Shown here piece by piece: positions 27,701 to 42,700 of a DNA stretch of 64,000 nucleotides. The position numbers were made by a program, and so were the translations under genes. The notes beneath the pieces are model-generated. The model was not told where the DNA came from and ran no database searches. It saw only the letters and a program-made list of their open reading frames with translations. The stretch is from Nemertoderma westbladi (taxonomy: Eukaryota; Animalia; Xenacoelomorpha), in assembly GCA_032718475.1 (NCBI GenBank), contig JAUCBJ010009125.1, positions 1 to 64,000 on the forward strand, read 5' to 3'. How positions within the stretch are numbered: the stretch's first letter is position 1; every line of letters starts with the position of its first letter.

Positions 27701-30700
27701 TACCGGTACTAATAGTATATCACATACCACGTATGTGTTTGTTACCGGTACTAATAGTATATCGCCTACAATGTATGTGTTTGTTACCGGTACTAATAGT
27801 ATATCGCCTATCCTGTATGTGTTTGTTACCGGTACTAATAGTATATCGCCTACCATGTATGTGTTTGTTACCGGTACTAATAGTATATCACATACCACGT
27901 ATGTGTTTGTTACCGGTACTAATAGTATATCGCCTACCCTGTATGTGTTTGTTAACGGTACTAATAGTATATCGCCTACCATGTATGTGTTTGTTACCGG
28001 TACTAATAGTATATCACATACCACGTATGTGTTTGTTACCGGTACTAATAGTATATCGCCTACCCTGTATGTGTTTGTTACCGGTACTAATAGTATATCG
28101 CCTACCCTGTATGTGTTTGTTACCGGTACTAATAGTATATCGCCTACAATGTATGTGTTTGTTACCGGTACTAATAGTATATCGCCTACCCTGTATGTGT
28201 TTGTTACCGGTACTAATAGTATATCGCCTACCCTGTATATGTTTGTTACCGGTACTAATAGTATATCGCCTACCATGTATGTGTTTGTTACCGGTACTAA
28301 TAGTATATCGCCTACAATATATGTGTTTGTTACCGGTACTAATAGTATATCACCTACCCTGTATATGTTTGTTACCGGTACTAATAGTATATCGCCTACC
28401 ATATATATAGATTGTTACCGGCACTAATAGTATATCACCTACCCTGTATGTGTTGTTACCGGTACTAATAGTATATCGCCTACCCTGTATGTGTTTGTTA
28501 CCGGTACTAATAGTATATCGCCTACCCTGTATGTGTTTGTTACCGGTACTAATAGTATATCGCCTACCCTGTATGTGTTTGTTACCGGTAATAATAGTAT
28601 ATCGCCTATCCTGTATGTGTTTGTTACCGGTACTAATAGTATATCGCCTACCCTGTATGTGTTTGTTACCGGTAATAATAGTATATCGCCTATCCTGTAT
28701 GTGTTTGTTACCGGTACTAATAGTATATCGCCTACCCTGTATGTGTTTGTTACCAGTAATAATAGTATATCGCCTATCCTGTATGTGTTTGTTACCGGTA
28801 CTAATAGTATATCGCCTACCCTGTATGTGTTTGTTACCGGTACTAATAGTATATCGCCTACCCTGTATGTGTTTGTTACCGGTACTAATAGTATATCGCC
28901 TACCCTGTATGTGTTTGTTACCGGTAATAATAGTATATCGCCTATCCTGTATGTGTTTGTTACCGGTACTAATAATATATCGCCTACCCTGTATGTGTTT
29001 GTTACCGGTACTAATAGTATATCGCCTACCCTGTATGTGTTTGTTACCGGTACTAATAGTATATCGCCTACCCTGTATGTGTTTGTTACCGGTACTAATA
29101 GTATATCGCCTACCCTGTATGTGTTGTTACCGGTACTAATAGTATATCGCCTACCCTGTATGTGTTTGTTACCGGTACTAATAGTATATCGCCTACCCTG
29201 TATGTGTTTGTTACCGGTACTAATAGTATATCGCCTACCCTGTATGTGTTTGTTACCGGTAATAATAGTATATCGCCTATCCTGTATGTGTTTGTTACCG
29301 GTACTAATAGTATATCACCTACCCTGTATGTGTTTGTTACCGGTACTAATAGTATATCACCTACCCTGTATGTGTTGTTACCGGTACTAATAGTATATCG
29401 CCTACCCTGTATGTGTTTGTTACCGGTAATAATAGTATATCGCCTATCCTGTATGTGTTTGTTACCAGTACTAATAGTATATCGCCTACAATGTATGTGT
29501 TTGTTACCGGTACTAATAGTATATCGCCTACCCTGTATGTGTTTGTTACCGGTAATAATAGTATATCGCCTATCCTGTATGTGTTTGTTACCGGTACTAA
29601 TAGTATATCGCCTACAATGTATGTGTTTGTTACCGGTACTAATAGTATATCGCCTACCCTGTATGTGTTTGTTACCGGTACTAATAGAATATCGCCTACC
29701 CTGTATGTGTTTGTTACCGGTACTAATAGTATATCGCCTACAATGTATGTGTTTGTTACCGGTACTAATAGTATATCGCCTACCCTGTATGTGTTTGTTA
29801 CCGGTAATAATAGTATATCGCCTATCCTGTATGTGTTTGTTACCGGTACTAATAGTATATCGCCTACCCTGTATGTGTTTGTTACCGGTACTAATAGTAT
29901 ATCGCCTACAATGTATGTGTTTGTTACCGGTACTAATAGTATATCGCCTACCCTGTATGTGTTTGTTACCGGTAATAATAGTATATCGCCTATCCTGTAT
30001 GTGTTTGTTACCGGTACTAATAGTATATCACCTACCCTGTATGTGTTTGTTACCGGTACTAATAGTATATCGCCTACCCTGTATGTGTTTGTTACCGGTA
30101 ATAATAGTATATCGCCTATCCTGTATGTGTTTGTTACCGGTACTAATAGTATATCGCCTACAATGTATGTGTTTGTTACCGGTACTAATAGTATATCGCC
30201 TACCCTGTATGTGTTTGTTACCGGTAATAATAGTATATCGCCTATCCTGTATGTGTTTGTTACCGGTACTAATAGTATATCGCCTATCATGTATGTGTTT
30301 GTTACCGGTAATAATAGTATATCGCCTATCCTGTATGTGTTTGTTACCGGTACTAATAGTATATCGCCTACCATGTATGTGTTTGTTACCGGTACTAATA
30401 GTATATCGCCTACCCTGTATGTGTTTGTTACCGGTACTAATAGTATATCACCTACCCTGTATGTGTTTGTTACCGGTACTAATAGTATATCGTCTACCAT
30501 GTATGTGTTTGTTACCGGTACTAATAGTATATCGCCTACCATATATGTGTTTGTTAGATTGTTACCGGTACTAATAGTATATCGCCTACCATATATGTGT
30601 TTGTTACCGGTACTAATAGTATATCGCCTACAATGTGTGTGTTTGTTACCGGTACTAATAGTATATCGCCTACCCTGTATGTGTTTGTTACCGGTACTAA

Positions 30701-33700
30701 TAGTATATCGCCTACCACGAATGTGTTTGTTAGATTGTTACCGGTACTAATAGTATATCGCCTACCCTGTATGTGTTTGTTACCGGTACTAATAGTATAT
30801 CGCCTACCATATATGTGTTTGTTACCGGTACTAATAGTATATCGCCTACCCTGTATGTGTTTGTTACCGGTACTAATAGTATATCGCCTACCCTGTATGT
30901 GTTTGTTACCGGTAATAATAGTATATCGCCTATCCTGTATGTGTTTGTTACCGGTACTAATAATATATCGCCTACCCTGTATGTGTTTGTTACTGGTACT
31001 AATAGTATATCGCCTACCATATATGTGTTTGTTACCGGTACTAATAGTATATCGCCTACCCTGTATGTGTTTGTTACCGGTACTAATAGTATATCGCCTA
31101 CCCTGTATGTGTTTGTTACCGGTACTAATAGTATATCGCCTACCCTGTATGTGTTTGTTACCGGTAATAATAGTATATCGCCTATCCTGTATGTGTTTGT
31201 TACCGGTACTAATGGTATATCGCCTACAATGTATGTGTTTGTTACCGGTACTAATAGTATATCGCCTACCCTGTATGTGTTTGTTACCGGTAATAATAGT
31301 ATATCACCTACCATGTATGTGTTTGTTACCGGTAATAATAGTATATCGCCTATCCTGTATGTGTTTGTTACCGGTACTAATAGTATATCACCTACCCTGT
31401 ATGTGTTTGTTACCGGTACTAATAGTATATCACCTACCCTGTATGTGTTGTTACCGGTACTAATAGTATATCGCCTATCCTGTATGTGTTTGTTACCGGT
31501 ACTAATAGTATATCGCCTACCCTGTATGTGTTTGTTACCGGTACTAATAGTATATCGCCTACCCTGTATGTGTTTGTTACCGGTACTAATAGTATATCGC
31601 CTACCCTGTATGTGTTTGTTACCGGTAATAATAGTATATCGCCTATCCTGTATGTGTTTGTTACCGGTACTAATAATATATCGCCTACCCTGTATGTGTT
31701 TGTTACCGGTACTAATAGTATATCGCCTACCCTGTATGTGTTTGTTACCGGTACTAATAGTATATCGCCTACCCTGTATGTGTTTGTTACCGGTACTAAT
31801 AGTATATCGCCTACCCTGTATGTGTTGTTACCGGTACTAATAGTATATCGCCTACCCTGTATGTGTTTGTTACCGGTACTAATAGTATATCGCCTACCCT
31901 GTATGTGTTTGTTACCGGTACTAATAGTATATCGCCTACCCTGTATGTGTTTGTTACCGGTAATAATAGTATATCGCCTATCCTGTATGTGTTTGTTACC
32001 GGTACTAATAGTATATCACCTACCCTGTATGTGTTTGTTACCGGTACTAATAGTATATCACCTACCCTGTATGTGTTGTTACCGGTACTAATAGTATATC
32101 GCCTACCCTGTATGTGTTTGTTACCGGTAATAATAGTATATCACATACCACGTATGTGTTTGTTACCGGTACTAATAGTATATCGCCTACCCTGTATGTG
32201 TTTGTTACCGGTACTAATAGTATATCGCCTACCCTGTATGTGTTTGTTACCGGTACTAATAGTATATCGCCTACAATGTATGTGTTTGTTACCGGTACTA
32301 ATAGTATATCGCCTACCCTGTATGTGTTTGTTACCGGTACTAATAGTATATCGCCTACCCTGTATATGTTTGTTACCGGTACTAATAGTATATCGCCTAC
32401 CATGTATGTGTTTGTTACCGGTACTAATAGTATATCGCCTACAATATATGTGTTTGTTACCGGTACTAATAGTATATCACCTACCCTGTATATGTTTGTT
32501 ACCGGTACTAATAGTATATCGCCTACCATATATATAGATTGTTACCGGCACTAATAGTATATCACCTACCCTGTATGTGTTGTTACCGGTACTAATAGTA
32601 TATCGCCTACCCTGTATGTGTTTGTTACCGGTACTAATAGTATATCGCCTACCCTGTATGTGTTTGTTACCGGTACTAATAGTATATCGCCTACCCTGTA
32701 TGTGTTTGTTACCGGTAATAATAGTATATCGCCTATCCTGTATGTGTTTGTTACCGGTACTAATAGTATATCGCCTACCCTGTATGTGTTTGTTACCGGT
32801 AATAATAGTATATCGCCTATCCTGTATGTGTTTGTTACCGGTACTAATAATATATCGCCTACCCTGTATGTGTTTGTTACCGGTACTAATAGTATATCGC
32901 CTACCCTGTATGTGTTTGTTACCGGTACTAATAGTATATCGCCTACCCTGTATGTGTTTGTTACCGGTACTAATAGTATATCGCCTACCCTGTATGTGTT
33001 GTTACCGGTACTAATAGTATATCGCCTACCCTGTATGTGTTTGTTACCGGTACTAATAGTATATCGCCTACCCTGTATGTGTTTGTTACCGGTACTAATA
33101 GTATATCGCCTACCCTGTATGTGTTTGTTACCGGTAATAATAGTATATCGCCTATCCTGTATGTGTTTGTTACCGGTACTAATAGTATATCACCTACCCT
33201 GTATGTGTTTGTTACCGGTACTAATAGTATATCACCTACCCTGTATGTGTTGTTACCGGTACTAATAGTATATTGCCTACCCTGTATGTGTTTGTTACCG
33301 GTAATAATAGTATATCGCCTATCCTGTATGTGTTTGTTACCGGTACTAATAGTATATCGCCTACAATGTATGTGTTTGTTACCGGTACTAATAGTATATC
33401 GCCTACCCTGTATGTGTTTGTTACCGGTAATAATAGTATATCGCCTATCCTGTATGTGTTTGTTACCGGTACTAATAGTATATCGCCTACAATGTATGTG
33501 TTTGTTACCGGTACTAATAGTATATCGCCTACCCTGTATGTGTTTGTTACCGGTACTAATAGTATATCGCCTACCCTGTATGTGTTTGTTACCGGTACTA
33601 ATAGTATATCGCCTACAATGTATGTGTTTGTTACCGGTACTAATAGTATATCGCCTACCCTGTATGTGTTTGTTACCGGTAATAATAGTATATCGCCTAT

Positions 33701-36700
33701 CCTGTATGTGTTTGTTACCGGTACTAATAGTATATCGCCTACCCTGTATGTGTTTGTTACCGGTACTAATAGTATATCGCCTACAATGTATGTGTTTGTT
33801 ACCGGTACTAATAGTATATCGCCTACCATGTATGTGTTTGTTACCGGTACTAATAGTATATCGCCTACCATGTATGTGTTTGTTACCGGTACTAATAGTA
33901 TATCGCCTACCCTGTATGTGTTTGTTACCGGTACTAATAGTATATCGTCTACCATGTGTGTGTTTGTTACCGGTACTAATAGTATATCGTCTACCATGTG
34001 TGTGTTTGTTACCGGTACTAATAGTATATCGTCTACCATGTGTGTGTTTGTTACCGGTACTAATAGTATATCGTCTACCATGTGTGTGTTTGTTACCGGT
34101 ACTAATAGTATATCGTCTACCATGTGTGTGTTTGTTACCGGTACTAATAGTATATCGCCTACCATGTATGTGTTTGTTACCGGTACTAATAGTATATCGC
34201 CTACCCTGTATGTGTTTGTTACCGGTACTAATGGTATATCGCCTACAATGTATGTGTTTGTTACCGGTACTAATAGTATATCGCCTACCATGTATGTGTT
34301 TGTTACCGGTACTAATAGTATATCGCCTACAATGTATGTGTTTGTTACCGGTACTAATAGTATATCGCCTATCCTGTATGTGTTTGTTACCGGTACTAAT
34401 GGTATATCGCCTACAATGTATGTGTTTGTTACCGGTACTAATAGTATATCGCCTACCATGTATGTGTTTGTTACCGGTACTAATGGTATATCGCCTACAA
34501 TGTATGTGTTTGTTACCGGTACTAATAGTATATCGCCTACCATGTATATGTTTGTTACCGGTACTAATAGTATATCGCCTATCCTGTATGTGTTCGTTAC
34601 CGGTACTAATAGTATATCGCCTACAATGTATGTGTTTGTTACCGGTACTAATAGTATATCGCCTACCATGTATATGTTTGTTACCGGTACTAATAGTATA
34701 TCGCCTACCCTGTATGTGTTTGTTACCGGTACTAATAGTATATCGCCTACCCTGTATGTGTTTGTTACCGGTACTAATAGTATATCACATACCACGTATG
34801 TGTTTGTTACCGGTACTAATAGTATATCGCCTACAATGTATGTGTTTGTTACCGGTACTAATAGTATATCGCCTATCCTGTATGTGTTTGTTACCGGTAC
34901 TAATAGTATATCGCCTACCATGTATGTGTTTGTTACCGGTACTAATAGTATATCACATACCACGTATGTGTTTGTTACCGGTACTAATAGTATATCGCCT
35001 ACCCTGTATGTGTTTGTTAACGGTACTAATAGTATATCGCCTACCATGTATGTGTTTGTTACCGGTACTAATAGTATATCACATACCACGTATGTGTTTG
35101 TTACCGGTACTAATAGTATATCGCCTACCCTGTATGTGTTTGTTACCGGTACTAATAGTATATCGCCTACCCTGTATGTGTTTGTTACCGGTACTAATAG
35201 TATATCGCCTACAATGTATGTGTTTGTTACCGGTACTAATAGTATATCGCCTACCCTGTATGTGTTTGTTACCGGTACTAATAGTATATCGCCTACCCTG
35301 TATATGTTTGTTACCGGTACTAATAGTATATCGCCTACCATGTATGTGTTTGTTACCGGTACTAATAGTATATCGCCTACAATATATGTGTTTGTTACCG
35401 GTACTAATAGTATATCACCTACCCTGTATATGTTTGTTACCGGTACTAATAGTATATCGCCTACCATATATATAGATTGTTACCGGCACTAATAGTATAT
35501 CACCTACCCTGTATGTGTTGTTACCGGTACTAATAGTATATCGCCTACCCTGTATGTGTTTGTTACCGGTACTAATAGTATATCGCCTACCCTGTATGTG
35601 TTTGTTACCGGTACTAATAGTATATCGCCTACCCTGTATGTGTTTGTTACCGGTAATAATAGTATATCGCCTATCCTGTATGTGTTTGTTACCGGTACTA
35701 ATAGTATATCGCCTACCCTGTATGTGTTTGTTACCGGTAATAATAGTATATCGCCTATCCTGTATGTGTTTGTTACCGGTACTAATAGTATATCGCCTAC
35801 CCTGTATGTGTTTGTTACCAGTAATAATAGTATATCGCCTATCCTGTATGTGTTTGTTACCGGTACTAATAGTATATCGCCTACCCTGTATGTGTTTGTT
35901 ACCGGTACTAATAGTATATCGCCTACCCTGTATGTGTTTGTTACCGGTACTAATAGTATATCGCCTACCCTGTATGTGTTTGTTACCGGTAATAATAGTA
36001 TATCGCCTATCCTGTATGTGTTTGTTACCGGTACTAATAATATATCGCCTACCCTGTATGTGTTTGTTACCGGTACTAATAGTATATCGCCTACCCTGTA
36101 TGTGTTTGTTACCGGTACTAATAGTATATCGCCTACCCTGTATGTGTTTGTTACCGGTACTAATAGTATATCGCCTACCCTGTATGTGTTGTTACCGGTA
36201 CTAATAGTATATCGCCTACCCTGTATGTGTTTGTTACCGGTACTAATAGTATATCGCCTACCCTGTATGTGTTTGTTACCGGTACTAATAGTATATCGCC
36301 TACCCTGTATGTGTTTGTTACCGGTAATAATAGTATATCGCCTATCCTGTATGTGTTTGTTACCGGTACTAATAGTATATCACCTACCCTGTATGTGTTT
36401 GTTACCGGTACTAATAGTATATCACCTACCCTGTATGTGTTGTTACCGGTACTAATAGTATATCGCCTACCCTGTATGTGTTTGTTACCGGTAATAATAG
36501 TATATCGCCTATCCTGTATGTGTTTGTTACCAGTACTAATAGTATATCGCCTACAATGTATGTGTTTGTTACCGGTACTAATAGTATATCGCCTACCCTG
36601 TATGTGTTTGTTACCGGTAATAATAGTATATCGCCTATCCTGTATGTGTTTGTTACCGGTACTAATAGTATATCGCCTACAATGTATGTGTTTGTTACCG

Positions 36701-39700
36701 GTACTAATAGTATATCGCCTACCCTGTATGTGTTTGTTACCGGTACTAATAGAATATCGCCTACCCTGTATGTGTTTGTTACCGGTACTAATAGTATATC
36801 GCCTACAATGTATGTGTTTGTTACCGGTACTAATAGTATATCGCCTACCCTGTATGTGTTTGTTACCGGTAATAATAGTATATCGCCTATCCTGTATGTG
36901 TTTGTTACCGGTACTAATAGTATATCGCCTACCCTGTATGTGTTTGTTACCGGTACTAATAGTATATCGCCTACAATGTATGTGTTTGTTACCGGTACTA
37001 ATAGTATATCGCCTACCCTGTATGTGTTTGTTACCGGTAATAATAGTATATCGCCTATCCTGTATGTGTTTGTTACCGGTACTAATAGTATATCACCTAC
37101 CCTGTATGTGTTTGTTACCGGTACTAATAGTATATCGCCTACCCTGTATGTGTTTGTTACCGGTAATAATAGTATATCGCCTATCCTGTATGTGTTTGTT
37201 ACCGGTACTAATAGTATATCGCCTACAATGTATGTGTTTGTTACCGGTACTAATAGTATATCGCCTACCCTGTATGTGTTTGTTACCGGTAATAATAGTA
37301 TATCGCCTATCCTGTATGTGTTTGTTACCGGTACTAATAGTATATCGCCTATCATGTATGTGTTTGTTACCGGTAATAATAGTATATCGCCTATCCTGTA
37401 TGTGTTTGTTACCGGTACTAATAGTATATCGCCTACCATGTATGTGTTTGTTACCGGTACTAATAGTATATCGCCTACCCTGTATGTGTTTGTTACCGGT
37501 ACTAATAGTATATCACCTACCCTGTATGTGTTTGTTACCGGTACTAATAGTATATCGTCTACCATGTATGTGTTTGTTACCGGTACTAATAGTATATCGC
37601 CTACCATATATGTGTTTGTTAGATTGTTACCGGTACTAATAGTATATCGCCTACCATATATGTGTTTGTTACCGGTACTAATAGTATATCGCCTACAATG
37701 TGTGTGTTTGTTACCGGTACTAATAGTATATCGCCTACCCTGTATGTGTTTGTTACCGGTACTAATAGTATATCGCCTACCACGAATGTGTTTGTTAGAT
37801 TGTTACCGGTACTAATAGTATATCGCCTACCCTGTATGTGTTTGTTACCGGTACTAATAGTATATCGCCTACCATATATGTGTTTGTTACCGGTACTAAT
37901 AGTATATCGCCTACCCTGTATGTGTTTGTTACCGGTACTAATAGTATATCGCCTACCCTGTATGTGTTTGTTACCGGTAATAATAGTATATCGCCTATCC
38001 TGTATGTGTTTGTTACCGGTACTAATAATATATCGCCTACCCTGTATGTGTTTGTTACTGGTACTAATAGTATATCGCCTACCATATATGTGTTTGTTAC
38101 CGGTACTAATAGTATATCGCCTACCCTGTATGTGTTTGTTACCGGTACTAATAGTATATCGCCTACCCTGTATGTGTTTGTTACCGGTACTAATAGTATA
38201 TCGCCTACCCTGTATGTGTTTGTTACCGGTAATAATAGTATATCGCCTATCCTGTATGTGTTTGTTACCGGTACTAATGGTATATCGCCTACAATGTATG
38301 TGTTTGTTACCGGTACTAATAGTATATCGCCTACCCTGTATGTGTTTGTTACCGGTAATAATAGTATATCACCTACCATGTATGTGTTTGTTACCGGTAA
38401 TAATAGTATATCGCCTATCCTGTATGTGTTTGTTACCGGTACTAATAGTATATCACCTACCCTGTATGTGTTTGTTACCGGTACTAATAGTATATCACCT
38501 ACCCTGTATGTGTTGTTACCGGTACTAATAGTATATCGCCTATCCTGTATGTGTTTGTTACCGGTACTAATAGTATATCGCCTACCCTGTATGTGTTTGT
38601 TACCGGTACTAATAGTATATCGCCTACCCTGTATGTGTTTGTTACCGGTACTAATAGTATATCGCCTACCCTGTATGTGTTTGTTACCGGTAATAATAGT
38701 ATATCGCCTATCCTGTATGTGTTTGTTACCGGTACTAATAATATATCGCCTACCCTGTATGTGTTTGTTACCGGTACTAATAGTATATCGCCTACCCTGT
38801 ATGTGTTTGTTACCGGTACTAATAGTATATCGCCTACCCTGTATGTGTTTGTTACCGGTACTAATAGTATATCGCCTACCCTGTATGTGTTGTTACCGGT
38901 ACTAATAGTATATCGCCTACCCTGTATGTGTTTGTTACCGGTACTAATAGTATATCGCCTACCCTGTATGTGTTTCTTACCGGTACTAATAGTATATCGC
39001 CTACCCTGTATGTGTTTGTTACCGGTAATAATAGTATATCGCCTATCCTGTATGTGTTTGTTACCGGTACTAATAGTATATCACCTACCCTGTATGTGTT
39101 TGTTACCGGTACTAATAGTATATCACCTACCCTGTATGTGTTGTTACCGGTACTAATAGTATATCGCCTACCCTGTATGTGTTTGTTACCGGTAATAATA
39201 GTATATCGCCTATCCTGTATGTGTTTGTTACCAGTACTAATAGTATATCGCCTACAATGTATGTGTTTGTTACCGGTACTAATAGTATATCGCCTACCCT
39301 GTATGTGTTTGTTACCGGTAATAATAGTATATCGCCTATCCTGTATGTGTTTGTTACCGGTACTAATAGTATATCGCCTACAATGTATGTGTTTGTTACC
39401 GGTACTAATAGTATATCGCCTACCCTGTATGTGTTTGTTACCGGTACTAATAGAATATCGCCTACCCTGTATGTGTTTGTTACCGGTACTAATAGTATAT
39501 CGCCTACAATGTATGTGTTTGTTACCGGTACTAATAGTATATCGCCTACCCTGTATGTGTTTGTTACCGGTAATAATAGTATATCGCCTATCCTGTATGT
39601 GTTTGTTACCGGTACTAATAGTATATCGCCTACCCTGTATGTGTTTGTTACCGGTACTAATAGTATATCGCCTACAATGTATGTGTTTGTTACCGGTACT

Positions 39701-42700
39701 AATAGTATATCGCCTACCCTGTATGTGTTTGTTACCGGTAATAATAGTATATCGCCTATCCTGTATGTGTTTGTTACCGGTACTAATAGTATATCACCTA
39801 CCCTGTATGTGTTTGTTACCGGTACTAATAGTATATCGCCTACCCTGTATGTGTTTGTTACCGGTAATAATAGTATATCGCCTATCCTGTATGTGTTTGT
39901 TACCGGTACTAATAGTATATCGCCTACAATGTATGTGTTTGTTACCGGTACTAATAGTATATCGCCTACCCTGTATGTGTTTGTTACCGGTAATAATAGT
40001 ATATCGCCTATCCTGTATGTGTTTGTTACCGGTACTAATAGTATATCGCCTATCATGTATGTGTTTGTTACCGGTAATAATAGTATATCGCCTATCATGT
40101 ATGTGTTTGTTACCGGTACTAATAGTATATCGCCTACCATGTATGTGTTTGTTACCGGTACTAATAGTATATCGCCTACCCTGTATGTGTTTGTTACCGG
40201 TACTAATAGTATATCACCTACCCTGTATGTGTTTGTTACCGGTACTAATAGTATATCGTCTACCATGTATGTGTTTGTTACCGGTACTAATAGTATATCG
40301 CCTACCATATATGTGTTTGTTAGATTGTTACCGGTACTAATAGTATATCGCCTACCATATATGTGTTTGTTACCGGTACTAATAGTATATCGCCTACAAT
40401 GTGTGTGTTTGTTACCGGTACTAATAGTATATCGCCTACCCTGTATGTGTTTGTTACCGGTACTAATAGTATATCGCCTACCACGAATGTGTTTGTTAGA
40501 TTGTTACCGGTACTAATAGTATATCGCCTACCCTGTATGTGTTTGTTACCGGTACTAATAGTATATCGCCTACCATATATGTGTTTGTTACCGGTACTAA
40601 TAGTATATCGCCTACCCTGTATGTGTTTGTTACCGGTACTAATAGTATATCGCCTACCCTGTATGTGTTTGTTACCGGTAATAATAGTATATCGCCTATC
40701 CTGTATGTGTTTGTTACCGGTACTAATAATATATCGCCTACCCTGTATGTGTTTGTTACTGGTACTAATAGTATATCGCCTACCATATATGTGTTTGTTA
40801 CCGGTACTAATAGTATATCGCCTACCCTGTATGTGTTTGTTACCGGTACTAATAGTATATCGCCTACCCTGTATGTGTTTGTTACCGGTACTAATAGTAT
40901 ATCGCCTACCCTGTATGTGTTTGTTACCGGTAATAATAGTATATCGCCTATCCTGTATGTGTTTGTTACCGGTACTAATGGTATATCGCCTACAATGTAT
41001 GTGTTTGTTACCGGTACTAATAGTATATCGCCTACCCTGTATGTGTTTGTTACCGGTAATAATAGTATATCACCTACCATGTATGTGTTTGTTACCGGTA
41101 CTAATAGTATATCGCCTACCCTGTATGTGTTTGTTACCGGTACTAATAGTATATCGCCTACCATATATGTGTTTGTTAGATTGTTACCGGTACTAATAGT
41201 ATATCGCCTACCATGTATGTGTTTGTTACCGGTACTAATAGTATATCGCCTACCATGTATGTGTTTGTTACCGGTACTAATAGTATATCGCCTACCATAT
41301 ATGTGTTTGTTAGATTGTTACCGGTACTAATAGTATATCGCCTACCATGTATGTGTTTGTTACCGGTACTAATAGTATATCGCCTACCATGTATGTGTTT
41401 GTTACCGGTACTAATAGTATATCGCCTACCATATATGTGTTTGTTAGATTGTTACCGGTACTAATAGTATATCGCCTACCATGTATGTGTTTGTTACCGG
41501 TACTAATAGTATATCGCCTACCATGTATGTGTTTGTTACCGGTACTAATAGTATATCGCCTACCATGTATGTGTTTGTTACCGGTACTAATAGTATATCG
41601 CCTACCCTGTATGTGTTTGTTACCGGTACTAATAGTATATCGCCTACAATGTATGTGTTTGTTACCGGTACTAATAGTATATCGCCTACCATGTATATGT
41701 TTGTTACCGGTACTAATAGTATATCGCCTACCCTGTATGTGTTTGTTACCGGTACTAATAGTATATCGCCTACCCTGTATGTGTTTGTTACCGGTACTAA
41801 TAGTATATCACATACCACGTATGTGTTTGTTACCGGTACTAATAGTATATCGCCTACAATGTATGTGTTTGTTACCGGTACTAATAGTATATCGCCTATC
41901 CTGTATGTGTTTGTTACCGGTACTAATAGTATATCGCCTACCATGTATGTGTTTGTTACCGGTACTAATAGTATATCACATACCACGTATGTGTTTGTTA
42001 CCGGTACTAATAGTATATCGCCTACCCTGTATGTGTTTGTTACCGGTACTAATAGTATATCGCCTACCATGTATGTGTTTGTTACCGGTACTAATAGTAT
42101 ATCACATACCACGTATGTGTTTGTTACCGGTACTAATAGTATATCGCCTACCCTGTATGTGTTTGTTACCGGTACTAATAGTATATCGCCTACCCTGTAT
42201 GTGTTTGTTACCGGTACTAATAGTATATCGCCTACAATGTATGTGTTTGTTACCGGTACTAATAGTATATCGCCTACCCTGTATGTGTTTGTTACCGGTA
42301 CTAATAGTATATCGCCTACCCTGTATATGTTTGTTACCGGTACTAATAGTATATCGCCTACCATGTATGTGTTTGTTACCGGTACTAATAGTATATCGCC
42401 TACAATATATGTGTTTGTTACCGGTACTAATAGTATATCACCTACCCTGTATATGTTTGTTACCGGTACTAATAGTATATCGCCTACCATATATATAGAT
42501 TGTTACCAGCACTAATAGTATATCACCTACCCTGTATGTGTTGTTACCGGTACTAATAGTATATCGCCTACCCTGTATGTGTTTGTTACCGGTACTAATA
42601 GTATATCGCCTACCCTGTATGTGTTTGTTACCGGTACTAATAGTATATCGCCTACCCTGTATGTGTTTGTTACCGGTAATAATAGTATATCGCCTATCCT

